NCBI GenBank assembly: GCA_016779265.1
Contig: JADHNY010000008.1
Location: 4,231 to 68,230, forward strand
DNA: 64,000 bases
Direction: 5' to 3'
Source of the DNA: Pirellulales bacterium
Lineage (GTDB): Bacteria; Planctomycetota; Planctomycetia; Pirellulales; UBA1268
The notes under the pieces are model-generated. The model was not told where the DNA came from and made no database searches. It saw nothing but the letters and a program-made list of their open reading frames with translations. Positions 36,628 through 44,738 of the stretch are shown here, one piece after another. Numbering within the stretch: position 1 is the first letter of the stretch; every line of letters begins with the position of its first letter. Made by a program: the position numbers and the translations under genes.

Positions 36628-37845
36628 GTGTTCGCTGGCCGGAGTGCGGCTCATTTCGGTCCCCACCGCGAACCAGAGCGAAAGCATCGCGTGGCCCTGA
36701 GACCCTCCAGCTACCGTTCTGCCGACACGGCGGCCCGCAATCCGCAGGGTGGCTCGCTCGATCCTGTCGTTCGGGCGGAGCAGGATGGCACGGTGACCGT
36801 TGGCAAAGACACCGGCTCAGCCGGCAAGCCTGTCGCGGCCGCGAAGGCCGTTGGAGACTATGCCGCTCAGTCCAACTGGGTGCTGGGAAACAACCCGACG
36901 ATGCGGCGGATCGCCCGTTCGATCCAGCGGGCTGCGGAAGTGGAGTGCACGGTGCTCGTCTCTGGTGAGACCGGCACGGGAAAAGAACTCTGGGCTCGGC
37001 TGCTGCATCGCAGCGGTCCTCGCTCCGACAAGGCATTCATTCCGGTCAACTGTGCCGCACTGACTCCGGCGTTGGCAGAGAGCCAGCTCTTTGGCCATGA
37101 GAAGGGTGCGTTTACCGGCGCCCAGGGGAAGTCGCTCGGTATCTTCCGGGCGGCCCAGGGAGGCGTCGTTTTTCTCGATGAGATCGGTGAGATGCCTCTG
37201 GAGCTGCAGGCGAAAATGCTGCGACTCCTGCAGCAGCGAGAGGTGATGCCAGTCGGCTCGACGGAGCCTGTGCATGTCGACGTGCAGGTGGTGGCCGCAA
37301 CCAATCGGAATCTCGAAGAGGAGTCTGAGAAAGGCACCTTCCGCGAAGACCTCTACTACCGGCTCAACATGATCGAGCTGCGTGTGCCGCCGCTGCGTGA
37401 GCGTCCGGATGACATTCCCGAGTTCATCAACTTCTTTGCCCGGCAGTTCTCCGAGCGGTACAGGATGCCGATCTGGGAACCATCGCCTGAGGCGTTGGCG
37501 GCCTTCTGTTCATTTCCGTGGCCGGGCAACGTGCGGCAGCTCGGGCATGTGATTGAGCAGGCCTATGTGCTGCAGATCGAACCTGAACTTCCGCTGCAGA
37601 CAGGCGGCGGTCAGCACAAAGCGGCCCCAGCGGGTGCCGCGGTGGCGACTCCTGACGGCGTGTCGGCAGACGGTCGTGTGCCCTATCTCGACCTCGCCAA
37701 ACTGCGTCGGCAGGCGATCAAGCAGGCGCTTGAGGAGACACGAGGCCACAAGTCGAAGGCAGCGAAGCTGCTCGGTGTCCATGCCAACACGCTGACCCGA
37801 ATGCTTCGCGAGGATGCGGACGACGACGCCAAGGGGGCAGGATAG
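36628..37845 (+). CDS. Sigma-54-dependent transcriptional activator (AAA+ + Fis HTH) without a recognisable receiver or sensor domain
   Basis: 405 aa (GTG start, uncertain). Walker A GETGTGKE, an exact GAFTGA, Walker B VVFLDEIGE, and HTH AAKLLGVHANTLTRMLR. The first ~85 aa are low-complexity. Confidence 0.85.
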   Translation: MFAGRSAAHFGPHREPERKHRVALRPSSYRSADTAARNPQGGSLDPVVRAEQDGTVTVGKDTGSAGKPVAAAKAVGDYAAQSNWVLGNNPTMRRIARSIQRAAEVECTVLVSGETGTGKELWARLLHRSGPRSDKAFIPVNCAALTPALAESQLFGHEKGAFTGAQGKSLGIFRAAQGGVVFLDEIGEMPLELQAKMLRLLQQREVMPVGSTEPVHVDVQVVAATNRNLEEESEKGTFREDLYYRLNMIELRVPPLRERPDDIPEFINFFARQFSERYRMPIWEPSPEALAAFCSFPWPGNVRQLGHVIEQAYVLQIEPELPLQTGGGQHKAAPAGAAVATPDGVSADGRVPYLDLAKLRRQAIKQALEETRGHKSKAAKLLGVHANTLTRMLREDADDDAKGAG

Positions 37846-37864
37846 TCACTCTCAAAGAGTCGTC

Positions 37865-38932
37865 TCAGTACCACACGCCTGCTCGCACCATGAAGGTGTC
37901 GCCAGGGTGATAATCGGCGGTGTCGGTGATGTAGTACTCCACCAGCCGCCCGAAGACATAGCCGCCTTCGAGTCGCCAGCTGAGTCCGAGGTCGGCCGGC
38001 TTTCGTTCCCAGCCGGCGATCAGCCGGTAGTCGTGATAGACGACGACGTCGTTGGCGCCGCTGTCGCGGCGAACGGCCCATTGACTGCCGCCAAACTCAG
38101 CGGCGATATACGCCCACTGGCTGGCCCAGGCTGTTTCGCGGACCCGCCAGGCGGCCCGTGGCCGTGGAAAGATCAGCTCGTAGCGGCGGTCTTCCGAGGG
38201 CGTCCAGATCAGACCGCCAGCAGGCAGCAGGTTGACGTCGTAGCGGTCGAGGTAAATCACGCCGGCCACGACGCGGAGGTCTTCGGTGGCTTCCCAGGCA
38301 CCAAACCCGTGACCGGTGATGCGGAAGGCCTGCGAGGTGTCGTTCACAAAGTCGCTGTACCAGCCAGGTGCCACAGCGAGGTCGACGCCGAGTCGCTGGC
38401 CGATCTTCCGCATCCAACGTGCCTGGATGTAGGCGTCGTAGAGCTGTGCTGGCAGACCTGGATCGAGCGGCCCGGGCACCTCGTCCACAAACACCGTTCC
38501 AAACCCGGGGGTCACCAGCAGCGGTGAGTCGACCGTTGGCGCGGGCATGCCAATCGTGGCGCTGGTCTCGAGCCAGGTCAGTCCAAGTCCGTTGTCACCA
38601 AGCCTCGGCAGCTCCGTTGTGGTGAAGATCAGCTGCTGCAACGGACCTGGCTTAGCGCCCGGAGGCAGTTTGCGTCCAGCCGGTGGCGAGAACTCTTGTG
38701 AAGGCTGACCGGGTGGAGCCAGGCCGTCTGGTAGCAGCGGCTCCGTGAGATCCTGTGGATCGCCAAGGGCCGCCAGCCGCAACGGACCGCGATCAGCCAC
38801 TGGCGGCAGGGGTGTCAATCCTGGGAACGCCTTGATCGGCTCGGGGGCAGGTGCCAGTGGAGACGACGGCTCCTCTGCCCGCCCCAGCGAGACCGTGTAC
38901 GTCAGCAGAATCAGGAGGAGAAGCAGTCGCAT
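37865..38932 (-). CDS. Exported putative outer-membrane beta-barrel protein, paralog A (planctomycete-type, possibly BBP7/DUF1551-like)
   Basis: I prefer the start MRLLLLLILLTYTVSLGRAEE at 38932 (track ORF to 39049). It has a Pro-rich linker, then LLVTPGFG, YDAYIQARW, YLDRYDVNLLPAGGLIWTPSEDRRYELIFPRPRAAWRV, and ends FMVRAGVWY. It is clearly homologous to the adjacent gene. Confidence 0.6.
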   Translation of the reverse strand: MRLLLLLILLTYTVSLGRAEEPSSPLAPAPEPIKAFPGLTPLPPVADRGPLRLAALGDPQDLTEPLLPDGLAPPGQPSQEFSPPAGRKLPPGAKPGPLQQLIFTTTELPRLGDNGLGLTWLETSATIGMPAPTVDSPLLVTPGFGTVFVDEVPGPLDPGLPAQLYDAYIQARWMRKIGQRLGVDLAVAPGWYSDFVNDTSQAFRITGHGFGAWEATEDLRVVAGVIYLDRYDVNLLPAGGLIWTPSEDRRYELIFPRPRAAWRVRETAWASQWAYIAAEFGGSQWAVRRDSGANDVVVYHDYRLIAGWERKPADLGLSWRLEGGYVFGRLVEYYITDTADYHPGDTFMVRAGVWY

Positions 38933-38942
38933 GCAGACGGTC

Positions 38943-40133
38943 TCAGTAGGCAAGCCCCAAGCGGAACATGAACGTGTCGTCGAGGTTCTGGTACTGCGGG
39001 GGACCGTCCACGAAGAACAGCTGACGGTAGAAGACGTAGCCGACCTCAAAGTTGCCGGCCAAGCCGGTTGCGGTAACGGGCACCCATTCGGTGCCGAGAG
39101 TCACGCGAATGTCGTTGTAGTCGAATGGCGAGATCTGTCCGGTGCTGCGGCGGAAGGTCCAGGCACCGCCGCCATACTCACCGGCGAGATACCACCAGAT
39201 GGAATGTTTGTTGAGGTTGATGATGCGATGTGACGCACGCGGCGACGGGAAGAAGATGTCGTAGCGGGAATCGTCATCAGGGGTCCAGGTGATGCCACCA
39301 GCCGGCAGGATCTTGACCAGGTTTCGGTCGAGGTAGACCACGCCGAGCTTGCCCTGCATGGTCGGTGTGAGATTGAGCGTCCCGATGCCGCGGCCCATGA
39401 TGCGCCAGCTGTCGATGTTGAACACGTCCCAGTTGGTGAACACACCCACGCGGACGCCGAGTTCGGCTCCGAACAGAGGCGTGAACTGAGGATTCCAGGC
39501 GGTGTCGAGAAACGCGTCGTAGGTGTTTGGAGGGAGGTCCGCCAGCATGGTGGCGGTGGTCTGCGGTCCATCCCACAGCTGCAGGCCGAAGCCAGGGGTG
39601 ACCAGCAGGGGCGCATGGTTGAGGTTGGCTTGTGAGTTGTGGAAGAACGGAATGGCAAACGTCGCCGTTGTGTCGAGTTCATTGACGGCAACGCTTGTTC
39701 CCTTTCCATTGCCAGCCAGGTAGGCCCAGCTTCCGCGAACACCCTGGAAGAGCCGCATCGTTTGTTGCATCGATGAGTTGGGCTGTGGATTGGGTGGGAA
39801 GAGGTACTGCTGTGGTGGCCCGGCGGTGCCCTGCGTCGGCACGATGTTTGGGGCGACAGTCGAATAGCCCGGGTAGCCTGGCTGGCCACCCATGGCCGAA
39901 CTCGCAAATGGCTGCTGCGGCACCATCACCGGCTGCTGGGGTGGGAGCTGGGTGGCCTGCGGCGCAAACGGATCCCAGGTGGGCGGTGGTGGCGTGAGCG
40001 GCGTGCCGTATCCGCTGGGTGCTTGGGCGATGCGATCGAGCGACGACGCGGCGGGGGGAGGCAGGGACGCAGTCTGGCCGACTGACGTCGCTGGCCAGCA
40101 GGCAGCGGTCACAACGGCGATCACCGACAGCAT
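38943..40133 (-). CDS. Exported putative outer-membrane beta-barrel protein, paralog B
   Basis: The ORF is open to 40406, but a signal-peptide-like start MLSVIAVVTAACWPATSVGQ sits at 40133. It has a long Pro/Gln-rich linker, then LLVTPGFG, YDAFLDTAW, YLDRNLVKILPAGGITWTPDDDSRYDIFFPSPRASHRI, and ends FMFRLGLAY. Confidence 0.6.
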   Translation of the reverse strand: MLSVIAVVTAACWPATSVGQTASLPPPAASSLDRIAQAPSGYGTPLTPPPPTWDPFAPQATQLPPQQPVMVPQQPFASSAMGGQPGYPGYSTVAPNIVPTQGTAGPPQQYLFPPNPQPNSSMQQTMRLFQGVRGSWAYLAGNGKGTSVAVNELDTTATFAIPFFHNSQANLNHAPLLVTPGFGLQLWDGPQTTATMLADLPPNTYDAFLDTAWNPQFTPLFGAELGVRVGVFTNWDVFNIDSWRIMGRGIGTLNLTPTMQGKLGVVYLDRNLVKILPAGGITWTPDDDSRYDIFFPSPRASHRIINLNKHSIWWYLAGEYGGGAWTFRRSTGQISPFDYNDIRVTLGTEWVPVTATGLAGNFEVGYVFYRQLFFVDGPPQYQNLDDTFMFRLGLAY

Positions 40134-40511
40134 CAGCCAGAGGGATGGATGCCCATCGGTTGAAGCCGTATTGCCGCCGTTGGCAGAAGATTGCCCGCCG
40201 TCGGCAGGAGATTGATTGTGGGAGAGTCTTCGTCGCACGACGATCTCACGATGACTATGCTCGTCAACGACACACGCAACTGCCGAAGAAGGCGATGACT
40301 GCCCGCTTGTGCCGTTGCCGGGGTTGTCTCTGAGGCTGCCGGAAGGCTGCAGACCGTCTGCCGCCAGGTAGGAAAATCGCGGGGAGGTACCACGCCGCTT
40401 CCCCACCGGTCAAGATCGCCATCGCATCGCCACCGACGCGGCTGGGAAGATGAGTCTTCCTGGTTTGCCAAGACCGCGTGGGAGGCCCGAAATCTCTCTC
40501 TTGTCTGTCAC

Positions 40512-41375
40512 ATGCAGCCTGCGTCGTCATCGCCGAACAACGACCGTGCCGCCGCGATCGATCCGATCGATCACCAGCAGCTTTCTGCCACCGGGCTCCT
40601 GGCGAGTCTGGAGCATCTCGTCGAAACCGACTCGACGATGCATCGTGGGCGGGTGCTGGCTGCCAAGGCAGATGCTGCGGACCTGCCAGCCCTGGTGCTT
40701 GCCGATCGCCAGACAGCTGGGCGAGGGAGACGCGGCGCTGGCTGGTGGCAGGCGGCGGGCAGCCTTGCGATGACGCTCGTGGTTGATCCGGCATGGCTGG
40801 GCTGGTCTGCCGACCGGCAGCAGTCGCCGGCGGCCTCTGGCTGGTCGCTCGCGTGTGGGATCGCAGTGGCCGAGACGCTGATGGAACTCGTGCCGAGGGT
40901 TCGTGTGGGCCTGCGGTGGCCCAACGACGCTGAAGTCGATGGTCGCAAACTCGCCGGTATCCTGGCGGAAGGTACGTCGTCTGGGCGTGTGCTGTTTGGA
41001 ATCGGTATCAACACCGCCGGGAGCATCAATGAAGCCCCAGAGCCGCTCGTCGAGAGGCTGGTGACCCTCCCCGACCTGATTGGGAAGCCGCTGCCGCGGC
41101 AGCAGTTTCTCGAGGCGTTTCTGCCCCGGCTGTGGAGTCTGTTGCACCGTCTCGGCGACGAGCCACAGCTGCTCCAGGCTCGCTATGCCCCGCTGTGCAC
41201 CCTGACTGGAAGATCGGTGACCTTTCATCATGGTGACGAGCAGGTGCAGGGCCGCTGTCTTGGGATCGATGCCGATGGAGCCTTGCTGATCCAGACCACG
41301 ACGGGGCCACGCCGGTTCCATGGCGGCAGCCTCACTCCGCAGAGCGAGCAGTGGCAGCCAGACGGCTCGTCATGA
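40512..41375 (+). CDS. birA: Biotin--[acetyl-CoA-carboxylase] ligase, class I (no N-terminal HTH)
   Basis: 287 aa. Has QTAGRGRRGAGWWQAAGSLAMTL (GRGRRGR-W motif), WPNDAEVDGRKLAGILAE and a C-terminal SH3-like region. Confidence 0.85.
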   Translation: MQPASSSPNNDRAAAIDPIDHQQLSATGLLASLEHLVETDSTMHRGRVLAAKADAADLPALVLADRQTAGRGRRGAGWWQAAGSLAMTLVVDPAWLGWSADRQQSPAASGWSLACGIAVAETLMELVPRVRVGLRWPNDAEVDGRKLAGILAEGTSSGRVLFGIGINTAGSINEAPEPLVERLVTLPDLIGKPLPRQQFLEAFLPRLWSLLHRLGDEPQLLQARYAPLCTLTGRSVTFHHGDEQVQGRCLGIDADGALLIQTTTGPRRFHGGSLTPQSEQWQPDGSS

Positions 41376-42467
41376 ACGCTTGCGTGCCACCACGCAGACT
41401 TCCCGGCCGCCCGAGGAGAGCTGACGGGCCTCTGGATCAAAGCCCCAGTTGGCAAAGCGTTCGAGCCAGCCTGGCAGTTCTTCCGCCCGTGACCACTGCG
41501 GCAGCTTGAGCGTGGCGATGATTCCCCGCAGGCTGCTCCCTGGAGCAGTGGCAACCCGCTCGAGCGCGTCCATTGTGCTGGCAGGGTCGATGTTCATGTC
41601 GGTGACAAGCCAGTCGAACCCTCGCAGCTGACGAAGCCGCACATCCCTCGCCCGCATCTTCCAGTGCTCAAACTGAGGATGGCTGGCAACGGCAGGGTCG
41701 ATTTCTGCGGGATCGATGCCCACGACCTGCAAGCCGAGTGAGAGCATTCGCTGGCTGGCGCCACCAGGCGCAGCACCGAGTTCACATGCCCGTTGTCCGC
41801 GACGAAGCGGCACTGCAAAGGAGGCGATCGCCTCATCGAGTTTGAGCCATGCCCGGGAGACAGCGTCGTCAGGCAGGGGCTCCGGGTACACGCCGCCAGG
41901 CCAACAGCTTGCTGGGGCCGCGGCGGGGTGCCAGCCGAGCCAGGCGCGGCCGGGTGAATCAATGATGACATCAAGCACGGCATCGCCAGCCTCGGCAAGG
42001 CTGCCGGCGGCGGCGTCACTGCTGATGGTCGCTGTGGGAAGTGAGGCCTGCGTGGCGATCTCCGCATGGAGGACTGCGGCCGATGGGAGCGGCTCAACGG
42101 GCTGGCTGCGGCGGGACGCTCGTGGGGGTGTCGCATCCCGCTGCCAGACATGCAGGTGAGTCGGTGTACCTGTGACGCCAGCAGCTGCCGCGGTGGCAAG
42201 CTCAGGCAGAGAGCTGCCGGTGACCTGGCCGAGGGAGTGCACGATGGTGCGGGCAAATGGGAGCCGGTTCGGTTCGGGGAGGGCGGCTGTTTCGGGAAGG
42301 CGGAAGGTGACCACACCGCGTCGCCAGGCAGCCCGAGTGGCCTCAGGGAGGAACTGCTGCTGTGAAAGGAAGACCGCGTCTTCACCACCAGGGTGGCAGG
42401 TCACCAACAGAAAGCTGGAGCCACTGGCCACAGCTGCCGCCGATGCGGCACGGAGAGGTTCAGTCAT
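41370..42467 (-). CDS. RlmM-like (FtsJ-type) SAM-dependent rRNA 2'-O-methyltransferase
   Basis: An N-terminal THUMP-like region, then SRAWLKLDEA and the SAM motif ACELGAAPGGASQRML. I prefer the Met at 42467 (MTEPLRAAS...). The track ORF extends to 42629. Confidence 0.65.
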   Translation of the reverse strand: MTEPLRAASAAAVASGSSFLLVTCHPGGEDAVFLSQQQFLPEATRAAWRRGVVTFRLPETAALPEPNRLPFARTIVHSLGQVTGSSLPELATAAAAGVTGTPTHLHVWQRDATPPRASRRSQPVEPLPSAAVLHAEIATQASLPTATISSDAAAGSLAEAGDAVLDVIIDSPGRAWLGWHPAAAPASCWPGGVYPEPLPDDAVSRAWLKLDEAIASFAVPLRRGQRACELGAAPGGASQRMLSLGLQVVGIDPAEIDPAVASHPQFEHWKMRARDVRLRQLRGFDWLVTDMNIDPASTMDALERVATAPGSSLRGIIATLKLPQWSRAEELPGWLERFANWGFDPEARQLSSGGREVCVVARKRS

Positions 42468-42644
42468 GGGCCAGGCACTGGGAGGTGACGGTGGGCAAAA
42501 AATCAGGCCGGCCCGGGCGCCCAAGGGCCCGGGCCGGCCTTTCTCGTCTGGACGTGGGTGGGTGCCATGCCGGACTCCGTCAAGGAGTCTCCGGCCAGAC
42601 TTCCCGATCTGGTCTGCCCGAAGGCTCACCAGAGTCGGAAAGGC

Positions 42645-42818
42645 TTAGAGCTTCGCCTTCTTGGCGGCCTTCTTCTTAGCAACCTTCTTCTTGGCAGCCT
42701 TCTTGGCGACCTTCTTCTTGGCGGCCTTTTTGGCGACCTTCTTGGCGGCCTTCTTAGCGACCTTCTTCTTGGCAGCCTTCTTGGCGACCTTCTTCTTGGC
42801 AGCCTTCTTCTTGGCCAT
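42645..42818 (-). CDS. 57-aa lysine/alanine-repeat basic protein (histone H1 / HC2 / AlgP-tail-like)
   Basis: Not in the ORF track (below 60 aa). My translation is MAKKKAAKKKVAKKAAKKKVAKKAAKKVAKKAAKKKVAKKAAKKKVAKKKAAKKAKL-stop. AAGGAG sits 8 nt upstream of the ATG (42816-42818). The listed 73-aa Arg/Pro ORF is a different frame of the same repeat. Confidence 0.65.
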   Translation of the reverse strand: MAKKKAAKKKVAKKAAKKKVAKKAAKKVAKKAAKKKVAKKAAKKKVAKKKAAKKAKL

Positions 42819-42919
42819 GGAAATGGCTCCTTGCCATGAGTGCCCATTCTCTCAACACGTGACCAACCTCCTGGGCACTCGATGTGGAGGGTTGGCCGAC
42901 GATAGCGAAAAACGCCTTG

Positions 42920-43150
42920 CTAGGCGGTGTTTTGTTGCTTCCTTGAATGCCTCTGCTTGTGACGCTCGCTCAAGGCCAACCGAGCCTTGCGGTGTCCGTG
43001 CACGAGTCCCCAAAGTTGTGTGGCCTCAAAGACTGCCGCCAGGACCTTCCCCGGATCGAACGACCAGTTGCCGAAGGACAGAGCCTTTCCGTCGGCGGCG
43101 ATTGCGGCAGTGGTCACGTTTGAGGTATCCGGCACTCGCGGTTGCTGCAT
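42920..43150 (-). CDS. Possible small hypothetical protein (76 aa)
   Basis: MQQPRVPDTSNVTTAAIAADGKALSFGNWSFDPGKVLAAVFEATQLWGLVHGHRKARLALSERHKQRHSRKQQNTA. Third-position GC is about 70%. The stop codon lies in the loop of a short hairpin CGCC-TAGCAA-GGCG followed by TTTTT on the minus strand. There is no clear SD and no family recognised. Confidence 0.25.
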   Translation of the reverse strand: MQQPRVPDTSNVTTAAIAADGKALSFGNWSFDPGKVLAAVFEATQLWGLVHGHRKARLALSERHKQRHSRKQQNTA

Positions 43151-43178
43151 CCGAAGTCGTTCGAATGCGTCACTCGGT

Positions 43179-43354
43179 TCATCGTTGATCGATCAAGAAT
43201 GATGAAGCCAAGCGACACCACGTCAGCATGATTCGTTGAGTTGTCGATGATCGTCATGAAAACTGTCAAGAGAGGATCGATGATTCGAAACCAAAAATTT
43301 GGTCCATTGATGGTCGTCCTCCACTGTGTTGATGAACCGTCACGGGTATCATCA
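43179..43354. promoter_or_regulatory. AT-richer divergent promoter region carrying an array of (Y)GATGA / TCATC(R) motifs and a perfect 12-bp palindrome
   Basis: TCATCG at 43179, palindrome TTGATCGATCAA at 43185-43196, TGATGA at 43200, CGATGA at 43245, CGATGA at 43278, TGATGG at 43308, TGATGA at 43330 and TCATCA at 43349. ATGATTCG occurs twice (43229 and 43280). This is the lowest-GC stretch of the window. Confidence 0.3.
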
Positions 43355-43374
43355 CGACCTTCCCAACCTCTTAC

Positions 43375-44625
43375 ATGACTGCCATGAGCACCACAGCACC
43401 ACCATCGTCTTCAGCGCATCCCCGTCCACCGCTTGAGCTCGCAAAGCGGATGCAGTCGCTTCAGCCATCGGCCACGCTGGCCATGGCAGCGCGGGCGTCG
43501 GCGATGAAAGCAGACGGAATCGATGTGATCGATCTCTCGGTGGGAGAGCCAGACTTTCCAACCCCCGCGCATATCTGCGCGGCTGGTGAGGCGGCTATCC
43601 GTGCCGGCCACACCAAGTACACGCCAGCCGCCGGAATCCCGGCGCTCCGCAAGGCGATCGCGGAAGACGCCTCCCGTCGCACCGGTCGGGAGGTCACGGC
43701 TGCACAGGTGATCGTCTCCAACGGCGCCAAGCACTGCCTGCACAATGTGTTCACCGCCCTGTTGAATGAGGGCGATGAGGTGATTGTGCCGACCCCGTAC
43801 TGGGTCAGCTACGCGGAACTGGTCAAGCTGGCGGGTGCCACGCCTGTGCTCGTCGAGACACGCTTGGAGGATGACTTCAAGCTGCGGCCAGAAGCCTTTG
43901 CGGCCGCGGTCACTCCAGCGACACGGATGCTGCTGCTCTGTTCGCCAAGCAACCCCACCGGGGTCGTCTACACCGCTGACGAGCTCGGGGCCTTGGCAGA
44001 TATCGTGCTCGAAAAGAACCTGTCGGTGGTTTCTGACGAGATCTACGATCAGCTCGTGTTTGATGGGCGGACGTCCGTGTCCTTCCCGACGCTACGACCC
44101 GGGCTCGAAGAGCGAACTGTCGTGGTTGCCGGGGTGAGCAAGACCTACTCGATGACCGGCTGGCGGATCGGCTGGACGATCTCACCCCCCTCACTGGCCA
44201 AGGCGATCGGCAGCCTGCAGAGCCAGGAAACGAGCAATCCGTCGAGCATCAGCCAGTATGCGGCGATTGAGGCGCTGCAGGGTCCTCAGGACTGTGTCCG
44301 AGAGATGTGTGAGGCCTTCCAGAAGCGGCGTGACCTCGTCGCTGCCGGGCTCAAGGCGATGCCGGGTGTACGGGTGCCCGATATCGGCGGCGCGTTCTAC
44401 GCATTTTTCGATATCTCAGCACACCTCGGGAAGGCGTACGGCGGCACGGCGGTCACCAACAGCGTCGAGTGGTGCGAAGCGCTCTTAGAGGCGGAGCAGG
44501 TGGCGACGGTCGCGGGCAGTGCTTTCGGGGCTGAGGGTCATGTGCGGATGTCCTTTGCCGCATCGGAAGAAAAGCTCACCGACGGCCTCGCCCGGATCAG
44601 CCGCTTCCTGGCGAGTGCCAGCTGA
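43375..44625 (+). CDS. Pyridoxal-phosphate aminotransferase class I (aspartate / prephenate aminotransferase type)
   Basis: 416 aa. Has LSVGEPDFPTP, YTPAAGIPALR, NGAKH, SPSNPTG, DEIYD, GVSKTYSMTGWRIGW and a C-terminal RMSFA. Confidence 0.85.
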   Translation: MTAMSTTAPPSSSAHPRPPLELAKRMQSLQPSATLAMAARASAMKADGIDVIDLSVGEPDFPTPAHICAAGEAAIRAGHTKYTPAAGIPALRKAIAEDASRRTGREVTAAQVIVSNGAKHCLHNVFTALLNEGDEVIVPTPYWVSYAELVKLAGATPVLVETRLEDDFKLRPEAFAAAVTPATRMLLLCSPSNPTGVVYTADELGALADIVLEKNLSVVSDEIYDQLVFDGRTSVSFPTLRPGLEERTVVVAGVSKTYSMTGWRIGWTISPPSLAKAIGSLQSQETSNPSSISQYAAIEALQGPQDCVREMCEAFQKRRDLVAAGLKAMPGVRVPDIGGAFYAFFDISAHLGKAYGGTAVTNSVEWCEALLEAEQVATVAGSAFGAEGHVRMSFAASEEKLTDGLARISRFLASAS

Positions 44626-44696
44626 CCGATGTGTCGCTGGACTGCCCTAGGGTGTGATACTGGGTTGGCTACCGGTCAGCCTGGTTTGGAGGCACT

Positions 44697-44738
44697 GGCG
44701 GACAGTCACAATGGCGGACAGTCACAATGGCAGACATT
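44697..44738. repeat. Tandem 16-nt direct repeat (2.6 copies)
   Basis: GGCGGACAGTCACAAT at 44697-44712, an exact copy at 44713-44728, then a degenerate GGCAGACATT at 44729-44738. It lies in the spacer upstream of the alpha/beta-hydrolase gene. Confidence 0.8.

Noticed and set aside
42645-42818. Could the ~15-18-nt periodic repeat be a CRISPR array or non-coding satellite?
   Set aside because: There are no unique spacers between repeats. The period is far too short for CRISPR, and the array is an uninterrupted in-frame coding repeat with an SD and stop.
42626-42847. Listed 73-aa ORF (MGTHGKEPFPWPRRRLPRRRSPRRLPRRR...)
   Set aside because: It covers the same repeat DNA as the KKAA protein in another frame. 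The Lys/Ala frame has a well-spaced AAGGAG and a clean start and stop, whereas this frame has no SD. I prefer the 57-aa Lys/Ala product.
43155-43175. GTTCGAAT resembling a tRNA T-loop
   Set aside because: The flanks (AGTCG and GCGTC) do not pair as a T-stem, and no acceptor or anticodon arms can be drawn. I saw no tRNA in any spacer.
43179-43354. AT-richer repeat-bearing spacer as a replication origin
   Set aside because: There are no DnaA-box-like TTATCCACA motifs, no dnaA, dnaN or par genes nearby, and only about 200 bp of modest AT enrichment. A promoter or operator interpretation is more economical.
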